Assembly (NCBI RefSeq): GCF_000372725.1
Contig: NW_005202113.1
Coordinates: 1-64,000, forward strand
Reading direction: 5' to 3'
Source of the DNA: Emiliania huxleyi CCMP1516
Taxonomy: Eukaryota
DNA length: 64,000 nt
Shown here: positions 47,353 to 60,026 of the stretch, piece after piece
Layout of the letters: the number at the start of each line of letters is the position of its first letter
Position numbering within the stretch: position 1 is the stretch's first letter
Program-made: the position numbers and the translations under genes
The notes under the pieces: model-generated
The model's input: only the letters and a program-made list of their open reading frames with translations
What the model was told of the DNA's origin: nothing
Database searches by the model: none

Positions 47353-49132
47353 CAACTTCTGCTGGGGCGATCGTTGTGTTGCTGCTCCTGCCTGCGCTCC
47401 TCCTGGCGAGTACAGACCACGCCTGCTATTCACAGCACAAGCCCTCGCCGGGGGCTCGAGCATGCGCAGCGAAAAGCAGGCGTGCGGCATGCGGAGCTCC
47501 CCACCGGCGGGCGGGCTTGAAGACACTGAGCCGAGCGCGCCGGCGGCGGACCCTCGCCGGCGCGCTCGCTTCGGCGGATGGCTGAGCGGCACAGTTTCTG
47601 GCCGCCCGGCCTGCGAGCAGTCACCGCGAGACGATCAAAGGCGCTCAATTCAAGCGCGCCGCCATGCCAGATCTCGCCCCACGCCCCGGCCAGACCGGGC
47701 AGTGCGTGCAGGAATGATGCAGGCATGATGGGTGGGTGTGGTGAGCACGCCAGCGGCACCGCTGCGCACTCTCAGGGTCGCAGCCGCCTATCTCGTGAGG
47801 GGCGTGGCTCGGGGCGGGTGCGAGAGAGTCGAGGAGCGCGGCGCGCGTGCGCGCGCGTGGTAAAGTCGGTTTATATTTCATCACTGGTATAAAAGAGACC
47901 CAAAACGGCACTCGCGCCGCGCCCACGCGCGCTCGTATCACCTCAACACTCACACAGCACGCTTGAATGAAGCCCCCGAGGGGCGAGCCGGACCGGCTGA
48001 AGACTTGAATAGACTCGACGGTTCTCTTCGCAGATCCATGAGGAGCTGTGAGGAGGCACATTTCCGGCTGGTTTCGGCTCCGGACTGTGCTGGACTCACG
48101 TGGAACCGCCGGCGGGGCGAGAGCCAGCAGCGGGCAAACCGCGCCTCCGGTGCTCCGCTGCGATGACGAGCTGGCGCCAGCCACGCGCGGCCTGGCCAGG
48201 TCGGCAGGCGAGCAGCAGGCATGCCGAGCGCGCGCGCGCGCGGCGGTCTCGTTGAGGCGGCAGAGCAGGCCGCATGTTGAGCAAAGAGGGCTCCAACACC
48301 CATCCTCGCCGAAAGACGGCGATCCAACCCTCCGCTTGTCACACGCCTCCTTTTTCCAGACCGATCCCCCCCTGTGAAAAAGTGAGGCGTGGTCTGTACT
48401 CGCCAGGCGCTCCTCAGCTATGTCGGTCGGGCGAAAAGAAATACCGGCGCGCAGGCCGCGGATGCGGGCGCGACGAGGCAGTGGGGCGACGCCCGAAAAG
48501 CGAGCAAGAGACCGAACCAGACCGAAGATTCGCCCTGATGGGTGCGGGACGAGGCCCCCGCGCCGGGGAGCCGCTGCACACCAAGCAGTGTACACGTTAG
48601 GTAGTCGTGTGTGTACGTGACGGGTGGTGTCGTAGTGTCCGTGTCCACTAGCTCCGAGTAGAGGGGGCGTTCTGCAGTTAAGGGGAAACCCGGTACACGG
48701 AGCCCTCTCGGAGACCCGTGTTTATTTTACGGCCCTCTCCCTGCGAACGCGCACCCCCCAGGGCTAGGGCTCTCTAGCCCGTAACCCGATCCCGATCATC
48801 CGGCCCGCTGGGTGCGCTTCTTAGCTCCCCGGCCCTGGATGTGAGGCTAATGACTGCACTCCAAGTGCTCCAAGTGACGTGCCACGTCCGCTTTCTTTCT
48901 TTCTTTACATTGGGGCAGTGTCGTGCGAAAAAGAATTTTAACCTGCACACTAGTCACGGGACTGGCGCGCACTGGCACTAACACCGAAAAAGAAATTCGT
49001 GGAGGGAGGAGGAAATACTACGCGGGGCCAGAAGTATGATGGGCATTAACTCTTGAGATCTCCGAGTGTGCCACACGGCTGTGAAGAGTTCGATGGGGCG
49101 GGTCCCTGCTCGTCTCGCTCGCCCTGAACACT

Positions 49133-50444
49133 CTAAACACTATCTGGCCCCGAGGGGTGAACCCCCGAGGGAAGGCTCCTAGTCGCACACCAGAGCCAAA
49201 TAAAACACTGGTGTTGAATGAGCAAGCTCACTGGTATTGGCGCGTCTGGCTGCAGCGTTTGTGTGAGTAGCCGCACAAGACAGGTGAGCTCTGCTGCATT
49301 CTGGGCGTAGGTTGCCTCGTGCGCAGTGCACATACCCGCAAGCCGCTGGAAGACGGTGGTGGCCTCTCGAAGTTCGTCGAGAGTGCGTTCCCCGAAGGGC
49401 CATTCTTCTCCGTATCTCCAGCTGTACAGGACGCGTCCCCTCATCATCAGTTGCGACTCAGTATGTCGGGATGATCGAATCATCACCTGTGCTGACAGCT
49501 CTTTGAGAGCATTGTCGTTCCACCACTCAGGTAAGCGCACCTCACGTCCCTGGGATTTGAGGTTCGATATTATTCGAAAAGGGAGAAAAGTCTGCCCAGA
49601 TATTCAAATCCACAGTATTGGTGATTGGGGAGACTTGATAATGAAGGTCAACGAGCTCGCGCGCTTTCATGTATTCCAGCAATGCTTGATCAGGCAGATC
49701 AGATCGGTCCAGTGCCGTTCCGAGGTTTGCGTGTGCCTGTATCAAAGTGTGAAGCAAAACAAAGCCTCCGGAGGGAGGGTTGTCGGGCGTCGCGAGTGGA
49801 GGCAGTGCTGTGATCTTGCGGAAGATCGCGGCAGCCTTTCTGTAGTCTTGCATCGCCATGCACTGTATGCCCTTTGCCAGCCACTCTTCCCCTTTCAGCG
49901 CCTGCGGGGCGATCTCAGCCATGCCCATCTGGCTCATTGAAGACAAAAGCTCTTTGGTGATTTGTTGCTGCTGCTGGTTGCTTTCACTATCACGCTGTTT
50001 ACCAGCGTCGGAGCGAGACTTTTCCCGTTGCTTCTGGTGCTTGTGCCATGCGTTGTGGCGAGGCCAGTGCTTCCTGAGGCACTCCGCGCTGCAGAAGTAG
50101 GAAGGGGGCAGCCTCCGCTCCTGGCAGAGACCGCAGCTCTTGAACTCGACACCGGCGGGGGCAGCACCCCCACAGCCCCAGCAGATGCAAGCTGGCCCAC
50201 TGCGTTGCTTGGGAATGCGTTGCTTGGGAACTTCAGCAGATGTAGTCGTATCCAGAGCAGCGGCTGCAGTAGATCCATCATCAAACTTTCGCAGCATCTG
50301 CCGCAGCTCCTTTGCGCCAAGCGTACAGTCCGGGTCTCGCTCTTTGAGCTGTGCCAGTAGCTTCTTGACACCAGCCGAGGGAGACTGCTGCCTCAGCTCG
50401 CGCAACGTCTGGAGCATGTTGCACTTAGGACCAGCGAGAGTCAT
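49133..50444 (-). pseudogene. MYND + TPR protein with a frameshift near 49590
   Basis: CWGCG..CGLC..YFCSAECLRKHWPRH, AHANLGTAL; continues in another frame as LPEWWNDNALKELSAQV. Confidence 0.7.
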
Positions 50445-50759
50445 CCCGAGAGCGGTGACGCAGCGCGGATGGGTGAGTCGACGTTTCTACTTTCGGCTGC
50501 GTGCCGGACCCCCCCCTACTCTGGGCTTCTTTCTTTCAGAATGCGAGCCAGGCAGGTGGGAGCGCGCCAGGCAGCGTGGGGTGGATAAAACTACTTCCAG
50601 AAAGATCCTCGACCCTCACCCTCTTCCCTCTTGCTCTCTACGTGGTCGATTTTTTTTCTTTTTGTGACACATTTCACAGAAGGAAATTCTCCATGTTGTA
50701 TTGTATGCACAAGAATACGATATGTAAGGATGTACACTGTCCGCTCGCAAGCCATACGC

Positions 50760-53084
50760 CTATCTCTCCGATGCCCGGTTTGGTAGGTGCTGCGTGGCGT
50801 CTGTTTCGCTGCCCCCCTCGACCATCCGCCCGAGGCTGGGCTGAAGGTCGTTTGCGCTGCTCCGAGACCTGCGCGGCTCGGAGACGAGCCGCGCCGCACG
50901 CTCGGTCCATGGGAGCGCCAGCGGCATCGGCAGCGGCGACGCGAAGGCGGTGCTGTCCGACGGCGCGGCGCGGCCGGGCGGCGTGGCGGCGCCGGGCGGC
51001 GTGGCGGCGCCGGGCGGCGCGGTCTGCGGCGGCTCGTTGCGCAGGAAGTAGGTGTGCATCTCGCCCTTTCCCTTGTAGACGCGCGTGCCGCGGTAGGTCG
51101 CGGCGAAGCGGCCGCGCAGCTGGCTGTACGCCGCCTCCGAGACGTGGACATGTCCCGGCTCCGAGCCGGAGCACATGCGGGCGGCGGTGTTGACGGCGTC
51201 GCCGCATAGGTCGTACTGGTACGTCATGTGCCCAATCACGCCGGCGATGGCGGAGCCAAAGTCGATGCCCACCTGCACGGTGAGCTCGTGCCCCTCGAGC
51301 GCCTGCCGCAGCTCCTTGTAGCGGTGCTCCTTGAGCTCGAGGTTGATGACAGTCATCACGTTGACCTGCGCGGCAGGGGCGGGGCGGGTGGGCCGGGGGG
51401 GGCAGGCCGGCCGCCAGCCGCACGCGCGCGATCGACAGAGAGCCGGCGGGCGAGGGCGGGCGGGGGGGGGGTCGCCATGGCGAAGCCAAAGCCGGCGATG
51501 GCCGCGGCGCGGTCGTGGCAGTTTGGCAACAGGTTGGGGTCGGGCAGCCCGGCCGCGACGAGGTAGTACTCGTTTGCCGTCTTGCGCACCTGCCGGCCCG
51601 CCAATTCGGGTCAGGGGCGCCGCCTCTCTCTCCCCCCTCTCCCCGACAGCGGAGGGGGGGGGGGGAGGGGGGTCGCGAAACGCGCCTTTTGCAGCTGAAA
51701 CACGTCGGCGAGCCGGTCGAAGCGGTCGAACATGCGCTGCAGCAGGCCGATGACGAGCTGCGGCTCTGCGAAGGGGTCGTTGATGAGCTGCGAGAGGCCG
51801 CGCACCTATGACAGGCTTCCGGGTGGGATGAGGGACGCTTCTCGTCGTGGCTGAGCCCGCGAGATGCCGCGCGCCTTGGCGAAGAGGAAGGCGCAGTCGT
51901 GGAAGCTCTCCGCGAGGAGCGAGCCGCGAGGCCGCACGGGCAGGCCGTCCGACGAGAAGCGCAGGCTCGCCGGCGTCCCGTTGGGCGGAGACACGCCGCC
52001 GCGCGGCGACGCCTCGCCGGCGCACGGGTCCCTCTGCGCCTGCGCGATCCGCTCGAGCGAGCCGAGCGTACCGACGAGCTGCGGCGGCAGAATGGACTTG
52101 AGCAGCCGGTCGCACGAGGCAGTCTCCTCCTCGATGCAGCGCATCACGGCGCGCTGGCGCGCCTCGAGCTTGAGGCCGCGCCACATGTCGCGCCCGTGCG
52201 ACCAGTGGTGCAGCAAGCCGATGATATTTGCAAAGAGGAGCATCAGCGCCATGCGCGCCAGCTCGAGCACGACAAAGTCGTCGAGGCCGGGCACCTGCCG
52301 GTGCGTCGACGAGTGGAGCTGCTCGTGCCAGAACGAGTCGACCTGCTGCTGCGCGAGCAGCACGACGGCGAGGGAGAGCGCCACGGCGGCGGGGCCGAGG
52401 AAGGTGGTGGGCAGGTGGGTGAGGCGGTACGCGAAGAAGATGTGCCACGCGGCGAGCTCGGAGACGTACTCGAAGGGGAAGTGCTCGCAGAGGTTCGGCC
52501 CGCCCGCCGGGTCCTCGTACTCGCTGCAGTAAAACGAGCGCGGCCTGTGCGCCGGAAAGAGCTCGCCACCCTCCGGCGGCGGAGGCGACGGCGGGATCGG
52601 CTGCGGGTCGACGTCGAACTGCTCGAGGAACGCCCCCGCGACCGTGCAGCCGGAGCCGGCGGCGGGCTCCGGCAGCGCGTCGTGGGCGGCGTCGTGCAGC
52701 CCGCCCGGCATGCCGTTGCACGGCACGATCGTGTAGGGACCGCGGCAGAGGACGGTGTCGAGCCGGATGTGCAGCACCGCCGCGACGAAGGCGGCGAACG
52801 GAAGCGCGAGCAGCGCGAGCGCCACCGCCGTGTTGCCGAGCGCGGTCGGCGTCCTCGCCGAGAGGCAGATGGAGCGCAGCAGGACGAGCGCCGGCGCGAG
52901 CAAGGCGTACCTCAGCATGAAGAGCGGCTTGACCGCGTCGAACCCGCTCCAGCGCACGCTGAAGTGGGTCATGTCGCTCGCGCCGTAGAGCAGCATGCAG
53001 AGCAGGTACGCAACCGTGTACCGCGCGAGGAAGAAGCGCGTCTGCAGGTCGCTCACGCGCCTCGACCCGCCTCCGCCCCCGCCC

Positions 53085-53122
<38 letters not shown>

Positions 53123-56100
53123 CCCGCCGCCGTGCCGCGCCGCCGACCAGCCGCGCGAGGGTAGCGGCGGGTCCTTGCTCAGCTTTGCAAAGTAGTTGGT
53201 CGCCTCGACAAAGTCCTCGCCCGTGTCGGACGAGTCGAGCCGCGCCCGCAGCGGCACCGACGTGGCGGTGCGCCGCAGCGAGAGGCGCGAGCCGCTGCCG
53301 GTGGCCGAGGAGGAGCGAGGCAAGCAAGTCGAGGTCCGCAGCGGGGCGGGGGGCGGCGTGGGCTCCGGCGACGGCTTCGTGTCCGAATGGCGCAGCTCCC
53401 AGCGCCTGGCTCCTCCGCCGCCGCTCTGCAGCTGACGCGCAAACTCGCCGCGAGACGTGCCCGTCAGCTCGGAGACGGGCTCGGACTCCTCCCAGCTGGC
53501 ACGGGCCCAAGCCGCGTCGGAGTTCTCCCCCGCTGGCAGCACGTGCGAGCCGCCGGCCATGCGGTAGATGGGGCTGCTGTGCCGCTCCACCTGGCCGCTG
53601 CGCCGCGGCGTCGCGGCGCCACCCCCGCCGGGCGGCTCCTCGGCCTCGCGCTCCTCCTCGCCCTCCTCCTCCTCCTCCTCGCCCTCCTCGCCCTCCTCGA
53701 TCGACGACTGCTCCTCGAGCCGCTGCCACACCATGTGAGAGCCACGGTACTGAGGCCGCCTCGCGCCGGCAAAATGCTGCGGCTCGGGCAGCTCGTGCTC
53801 CTGCTGCTGCTGCCGCCGCCGCCGTGCGGGCTCCTGCCGAAGCCGCTCCGGCTCCTGAGAGCGGAACGACGGCGGGAAAGACGAAGCCGTGTGCACCGAG
53901 AGCGCGGCGAGCGCCTCGCGGGCGTGCTGGAGGATCGCCATCGTCGCGTGCGTCGAGCGGCGAACGAACGACCGCTCGGCCGGCCCGTCCGGCGCGGCGT
54001 CGGCGGGGGCCGTCGGGTCGCGCGCCAGCGGCACCGGCTCGGACTGTGCCGGCACAAACAAGTCCTGGTCGAGTGCGACCGGCGCGGCGGTCTGCGCGCC
54101 CGTCTGCTGCGAGATGAACTCGGCCAGCCTTGAAGGCTTGCTCTCCGAGTCGCGCGGGCCGTTGCCGGTGCTCATCAGCGAGCCGCGGCTCCGCATCCAC
54201 CCCGGCGCCCCGCCGACGCCCGAGCTGCCAGAGGAGGAGACGTCGACCGACGAGCCGTCCCGGTACGTCCCGAGCTCGATGCCGGGGAATGGCTTCTTCG
54301 GCACGTGCCCCTCGAGCGCCTCGTCGTCGAGGTGCAAGCCGCCTACAGCAGCAACACAGGCCACGCTCGTCGCGACGCACGCCCGAGCGACGGGTCGCTC
54401 CAGGCGCGGCCCGCCCAGCAGGTGCATCTGCGACGCCGGGAGCAGGTCCTTCCGCTCCTCGACGTAGTAGGTGCGGTGGATGCCCATGTGGGCCGGGAAG
54501 ACGCCCTCTGCCGCCGTGCCCATCCCGTCGCCGTTGCCGGGCGCGGGCGAGAGCGCGAAGGTGTGGTAGAGGTGGTTCGCCTGCGGGCGGGGATGGGGCG
54601 GAGGGGCGAGGCGGACGGGTGGGCGGGCGGCGGGGGGGTGGTGCGAGGGGGAGGGGGGGGCGGGCGGGGGTCCGGCGGTGCGCGGCGCGAGGGGTCCGTG
54701 GCGCGCCGTCGCGTCAGAGACGTGGACGCGGCCGGCGGCGCCAAGCTCCTCGAGGCGCAGCGCGCCCGCCACCGCGCGGCCCCAGATGTCGAAGTGGAAG
54801 CGGACCTGTCGACAGCTCCGCCCCGTGACGAGGCGCCGTTTCACAGCTGCCGGAAGCGTCGAGGTGGGAGGGGCGCCGTGCCGATGATGCCTCCGATGGC
54901 GGTGCCGGTGTGGACGCCGACGCGGATGTCGATGTCCACCTGGAGGGTGCGAACAGCGCGCGTCTTCACGCTGCGGGTCGCGCGGGGAAGGGAGCAGCCG
55001 AGGCCGGCGTGGCCCACCTTGCGCTCCTCCTTGATGGCCTGCACCTCGCCGATCATGCCGAGCGCCATGGCGCCGACGCGCCGCGCCGCGTCGGCGGGGT
55101 TGCCTCTCGCCTCGCCAAAGGCGCCGCAGCAGACGATGTACGCGTCGCCTGTCCGCAGCAGAGGGGGGGGGGGGGGGGGTGAGAGGGCGCTGCTCGCGCG
55201 TGCGGCCCGCAGCGGATGACTGCGCTGCTCGCCGATCGTCTTGACCTTGTGCACGCCGTACCCCTCGGCCAGCCCGTCAAACTTCGCAAACAGGTCGGAC
55301 AGGAGGCCGAGGACAAAGTCGGCGGATCGCTCGCTCGAGAGCTTGGTGAAGCCGACCATGTCCGCCTGCAGGAGGGCAGGCCCGGGACACGTCATGGCCC
55401 TGTGCCCAGGGAGCGTCCACCGAGCCGACCGCGCAGCCGCCTGCAGCACCGTCACCTCGTCATACCTGTGCGCCACCTGCGTCGACCCCGACGCGATGTC
55501 TCGCACGATGGGCGCCGGGAGGGTGTTGAGGAGGAGCCGCTGCACGCCTGGGTGGGGCACGTCAGGGGCACGTACAGAGACACGCCAGGGACACGTCAGG
55601 GTCACGTCAGGGACACGTCAGGGTCACGTACAGAGACACGTCAGGACACGTCAGGGACGGGGTTGTGGACGGATCGTGGGACGAGTCTTTGCGGGAGGGA
55701 GGCGCGGCGCGCCGTCGCGGAGAGCGACCTTGACCTCCTCCTCCTCCTCGAGCAGCTTGTGCCTAGGGGGGCAGCCCCGAGACGGCTCAGGGAGGAGCCT
55801 CCGCCGCCTCCCGCCCCGCGCCGCGCCGCCTCGAGAAGTTGTCGCGGTTCTGTGCCTCGGCCATGCAGGCGAGGCACATGCAGGCGAGGTTGACGACGGC
55901 GTCGTGGATCGCGACCGAGGCGAGGCGCAGGCCGGGCTGCGGAAAGGCGCGGAGCAGCGCCAGCCGTGCGGCGAGCAGCGACCAGAAGGTGAGCGTCGCG
56001 TGCCTCGCCTGCAGGTGCGGCACCAGGGTCGCGTACCCAAGCAGGTGCATCAGCACGAGCAGCACCTGCGGAGAGGCGGACCGGCGCGGGCGCGTCGGTG

Positions 56101-56847
56101 GGGTGGGCAAAGCACGCCGCGGCGGGAGAGCGGCGGCGCCACCTGTTTGCTGCTCGAGCTGTGCAGCACGTCGGCAGCCGTCATCAGGAACCCGTCGCAC
56201 CAGAGCAGGGCGAGGAACATGGCGCTGAGCGTGGCTGGGTAGTCGAGCACCGCCACGCGGCCCGCGCGCCAGAGCGCCGCCGCGAGGCCCGCCGCCGAGA
56301 GGCAGACGGAGAGGCGGCCGAGGAGGAGCGCCGCGCCCAGCCAGCCGCCCGCCAGGTCCGCCTGCACGTCGAGCTTGACAGGCACCAGGAAGAGGGTGAG
56401 GCAGACGGGGCGCAGCGCGAGGATAAAGGCGGTGCGCAGCAGGGCGCCGCGCGACGCGGCGAGCGAGTACCGAAAGTACTCGGCCTCCAGATCCGGCGTG
56501 AAGCCGGGCAGAAAGGCGAGGTACGCGGCCGGGCGCGAGACGGGTCCCTGCCTCGCCACAACCCCAGCCTCCGCGGAGCCGTCAGCGCTGCGTGCGTGCA
56601 CCTCGCCCGCGGGTGGAGAGCCGGCGCCGGAACGGCCATGCTGCAGCCGCCGGATCGCGATCAGGGTGTTTGCCTGCCTCCAGCGCGCTCGCGCCGCGTC
56701 GCTACCCTTTCTTGGCCTGCCACTCCCGCCCTCCGAGTCGCCCGATATGGTCCGCGCGAGACGAACGGCGAAGTGCTGCGGTGAGGAGTGTGACGAGTCC
56801 GCGCTGTGCTCCTCCGGACTTGCGTCCGGCTCGGTGGTCGGCGTCAT
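50760..56847 (-). CDS. Membrane adenylate cyclase, class III, two TM blocks and two cyclase domains, multi-exon
   Basis: ADMVGFTKLS, KVKTIGDAY, RVGVHTG, FDIWG (C1); RKTANEYY, GVIG..QYDLCGDAVNTAARM (C2). Confidence 0.9.
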
Positions 56848-56948
56848 TCGTCAGCAGCAAGGCATGCGGGCGTGGGCGGCGGCAAACAACAAGCAAGGCG
56901 CCTCCAATGGTTGCGGGAAAAAGAGACAGCACTGCTGAGCAGTGGAGT

Positions 56949-58264
56949 AGCAGTGGATAGGGTCGATTCCGCATGGTACGGGACCTTATGAAGGAGGTGT
57001 ACGCGACCCAGAAGAAATCGGGCCGTGTCGTTCCCTCCGCTGGAGAGAGGTCCATCAGTTCGCCGGCACTAGCTAACTGCAGGTTCTTGCTCTTCGCCAT
57101 AATTACGCAGTCTTCCCTTCGGGGGCCCCTCTGGAAGAAGATTTTAGAAGATCAACAAGAAATCACGCCTCCCACAGTGATTTGGGCTCGGCAGCTTGTC
57201 AGCGCCCTCAGCCGAAGCTGGGGCCGGTCCCGTAGCCGAGAGAGCCCGCGCCGATGAGTTCGACGCGGTCGGGGGGCCTTGCGGAGAGGCCAGCGAGGTG
57301 GCGATCGCTGTACTTCATGGTGTCATCAAGTGACCGGCTGACAAGCCAGAGGTCGATACTCTGGACGACCCATAGGATGCCACGAATGCCTGGAGGAGAG
57401 GGAGGCGAGGCCAGAGGCAGGCTCAGCTGCTCTCGGGTGATCTCGCTTTGGTGGCCGAAGGACCCGATGGTCCTGTCACATTCGCATTCCGAGTCGTGGG
57501 GGTAGAAGAATTCGAGTAGGCATCGAGTCAGCACTTCCTTGTAGTACAGCGGACCGCCAGGCTCGCCGGCAGCATCCGCAGGGAGGCAGTATATGAGGCA
57601 CCAGTCTTCTGGAGAGCGCAACAGTGCGGCCGCGATGGTAGAGTCGGCCGCGGTTCGAGCGAGCAGCTTTTGGCTGCTGGATCGAATCGCGGAAGGCTCA
57701 TGCCCTCGCGGAGCGACGCGGGTCGCGCGGCGCGCGTGTGTGCGAAATGCGACAACAGACGACAGACGAGAGGCGCCTGAGCGCTGTACGCCTGAACTTT
57801 TGTCGCCGCAATCGCCACCGCCGCCATCTTGACGAGCAGCGCGAGCGCGCTCGTCGGCGGCCAGCCGTCGCGGGCCGGGCCGAGCCCGGCCTCGACCGGC
57901 CGCGCCGCCGCAGCAGGCCGGGAGGCCCGAATGGCGGCCGACCAGCTGATAAGGACTCTCTCTCTTCCCCTCTGCGCCGGGGAGGCGTTGTTGGAGGCTA
58001 GGACGCAAGCGTCCGTCGCCCTTTTCAAACTCGGGGCCCACTCCGCTACGCTCCGACCCGAATTTGGAGGGCCTGCAAGTTTAAGGTGTTGCTGCGCAAA
58101 AGGGGTCGGACACAGGGCGCAGCTCATGCTAAGAGCTAGAAGAGGAGATAGAGAGAACAACCACCCTGTCCCGTTATTGCGTACACCAACACCACAAAAG
58201 CTCTCTCTCCTGCTCCTTGAGCACTTGAGCACTGGATAGGGTCGATTCCGCGTGGTACGGGACC
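56949..58264. repeat. 37-bp direct repeats flanking about 1.25 kb of degenerate coding-like sequence
   Basis: AGCASTGGATAGGGTCGATTCCGCRTGGTACGGGACC at 56949-56985 and 58228-58264. Confidence 0.7.
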
Positions 58265-60026
58265 CCTCGATCGTCTCGCCCTCCCTCACTGGAGTGTTCA
58301 TGGGGGGGGGGGGGCATACTGTCCAAGCCTAAAGTCTGGGCAGGTTGTCGGGGACACGATCCCGGCATGAACACGCCGATCTGGCAAAATCCCGAGTGCC
58401 TACCGCACGCGCCGCGTCGCGGCGCGTGCGGTAGGCTTTGTTTGAAGTTAAAAGTCGAATCAGGGCGCCGTCGGCGTTGTCCCCCGATTTTGTCCCCCGG
58501 ACCGCCCGTCCGGACCGCTCCGGGACGCACGCCGGCGAAACACCATCAAGCAACAAACAAAGCCTCAACATACTCGGGCTGTCGCCGTCCCAAACTGTCA
58601 CTCCCCTCTCTCCCGGCCGGGGTGGGGCGCGCGCGGGGGCGGCGGGTGTGCGGCGAGTGTGCGGGATGTCTGTGGGCCCGAGAGCGATATGCCATGTCCG
58701 CCTTGCGTTGTTTCATAACATCGAAGGCTAAGCTCACAAACAAAACAACAACTCTCTCTCTCTCTCCGATCAAGCTGCTGTACGGCCCCGGCATCGCCTT
58801 CCCAGGCTTAGCTAGATTGAAAGATATTGTGGACATGATTCGTCTCTACAATATATACACTGACACTGAACCTCCCAGAGCTCGTCCCGGTCCGTCACGG
58901 CCATCCTCGGCCTCCGGAGGGCCCCCGGCCGCGGCGCGGTACGTCGGCGTCACAAATCCGACCACAGAGCACCGGGACGCGGTCGGGCGATCCGAGGCCC
59001 AACTAGGCGTATGCATTGCCTATCCAGGGCTATCACCTGGACCTATCAACAGGCGCCTGCGGCGCCGTGGTCAGGAGCTGCTGTTCACGCCGGTCCACAC
59101 TTTCATAGTGGACAGTAACAAACACGGTACAGGATCGAGGTGCACGCTGCCGAAGCAGTGTCGTCCCCCTCTCCTCGACGGTGATGGCGGTGTGACCGAT
59201 CGAGCTACAAGAGGAGCTTGTTCAGCAGGATCAGGGGTGGGCCGAGCAGTTCTATAGAACTAAGCTTAATATGAGCCATTTGGCCAACACACATTGCATT
59301 TCAACAACACAGACAGACACGCACGACTGACTTTTTTCCGTGACAACGATACGATGCAGACAGCAAGAAAGAAAGAGTAACGGGATGGGCGCAGGCAATG
59401 CGGTGAAGCGGATCGGTCGTGCCGACCAGTCACAGCAACTCGCGGGCCCTGCCGACGCCCCGCGCGAACTTTTCTTGTCTCGTCGCTCGATCAGCACCTT
59501 TTCTCGCCGATACGGTTTGGCGGAGCCACAGCTTCTCCCCGTTGGCTTCGGCACATGCCGAGCGAATGTGGCATGGAGAAGTGCGGTCTCCATAAACGAA
59601 GCGCAAGCAGCGACGAGCCAGCGGGGCGACCTGGGGCTCTGCCAAACCCAAGACGCAATCGCGCACAAAAAGCCGGTGGGCCGACCCCCGGAAAAGGGGT
59701 ACGCTAGCCACCCCCTACCACTGGAGGCGGGCTGCCGTCTGCCATCGACCTACCTTCCTCCTCCCTTCCCCTGAGAGATCCCGAATGTCCTTAGCGTGGA
59801 CGCACCCACGCACCTCCGCCGTCGTCCTTACCATAAAACCGACTTACCGCTGCAACGCGTTGACTTTGAATACCAACTGTGTCAAGTGTCAGACATGACT
59901 CGGTACTGTGTACGTGCGCGGCGCATGCGCATGCACAGTCCGTCGCCCGGGAAAGGCCCGCGTCCATGCTGCCGCGCTGGATTTCGTCACCGCGTGGACG
60001 TGGTCCGGTATACCGCGGTCCACCTA

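Noticed and set aside
58300..60020. Several 100-300-aa ORFs
   Set aside because: No recognisable domain; long shadow ORFs are expected at this GC content.
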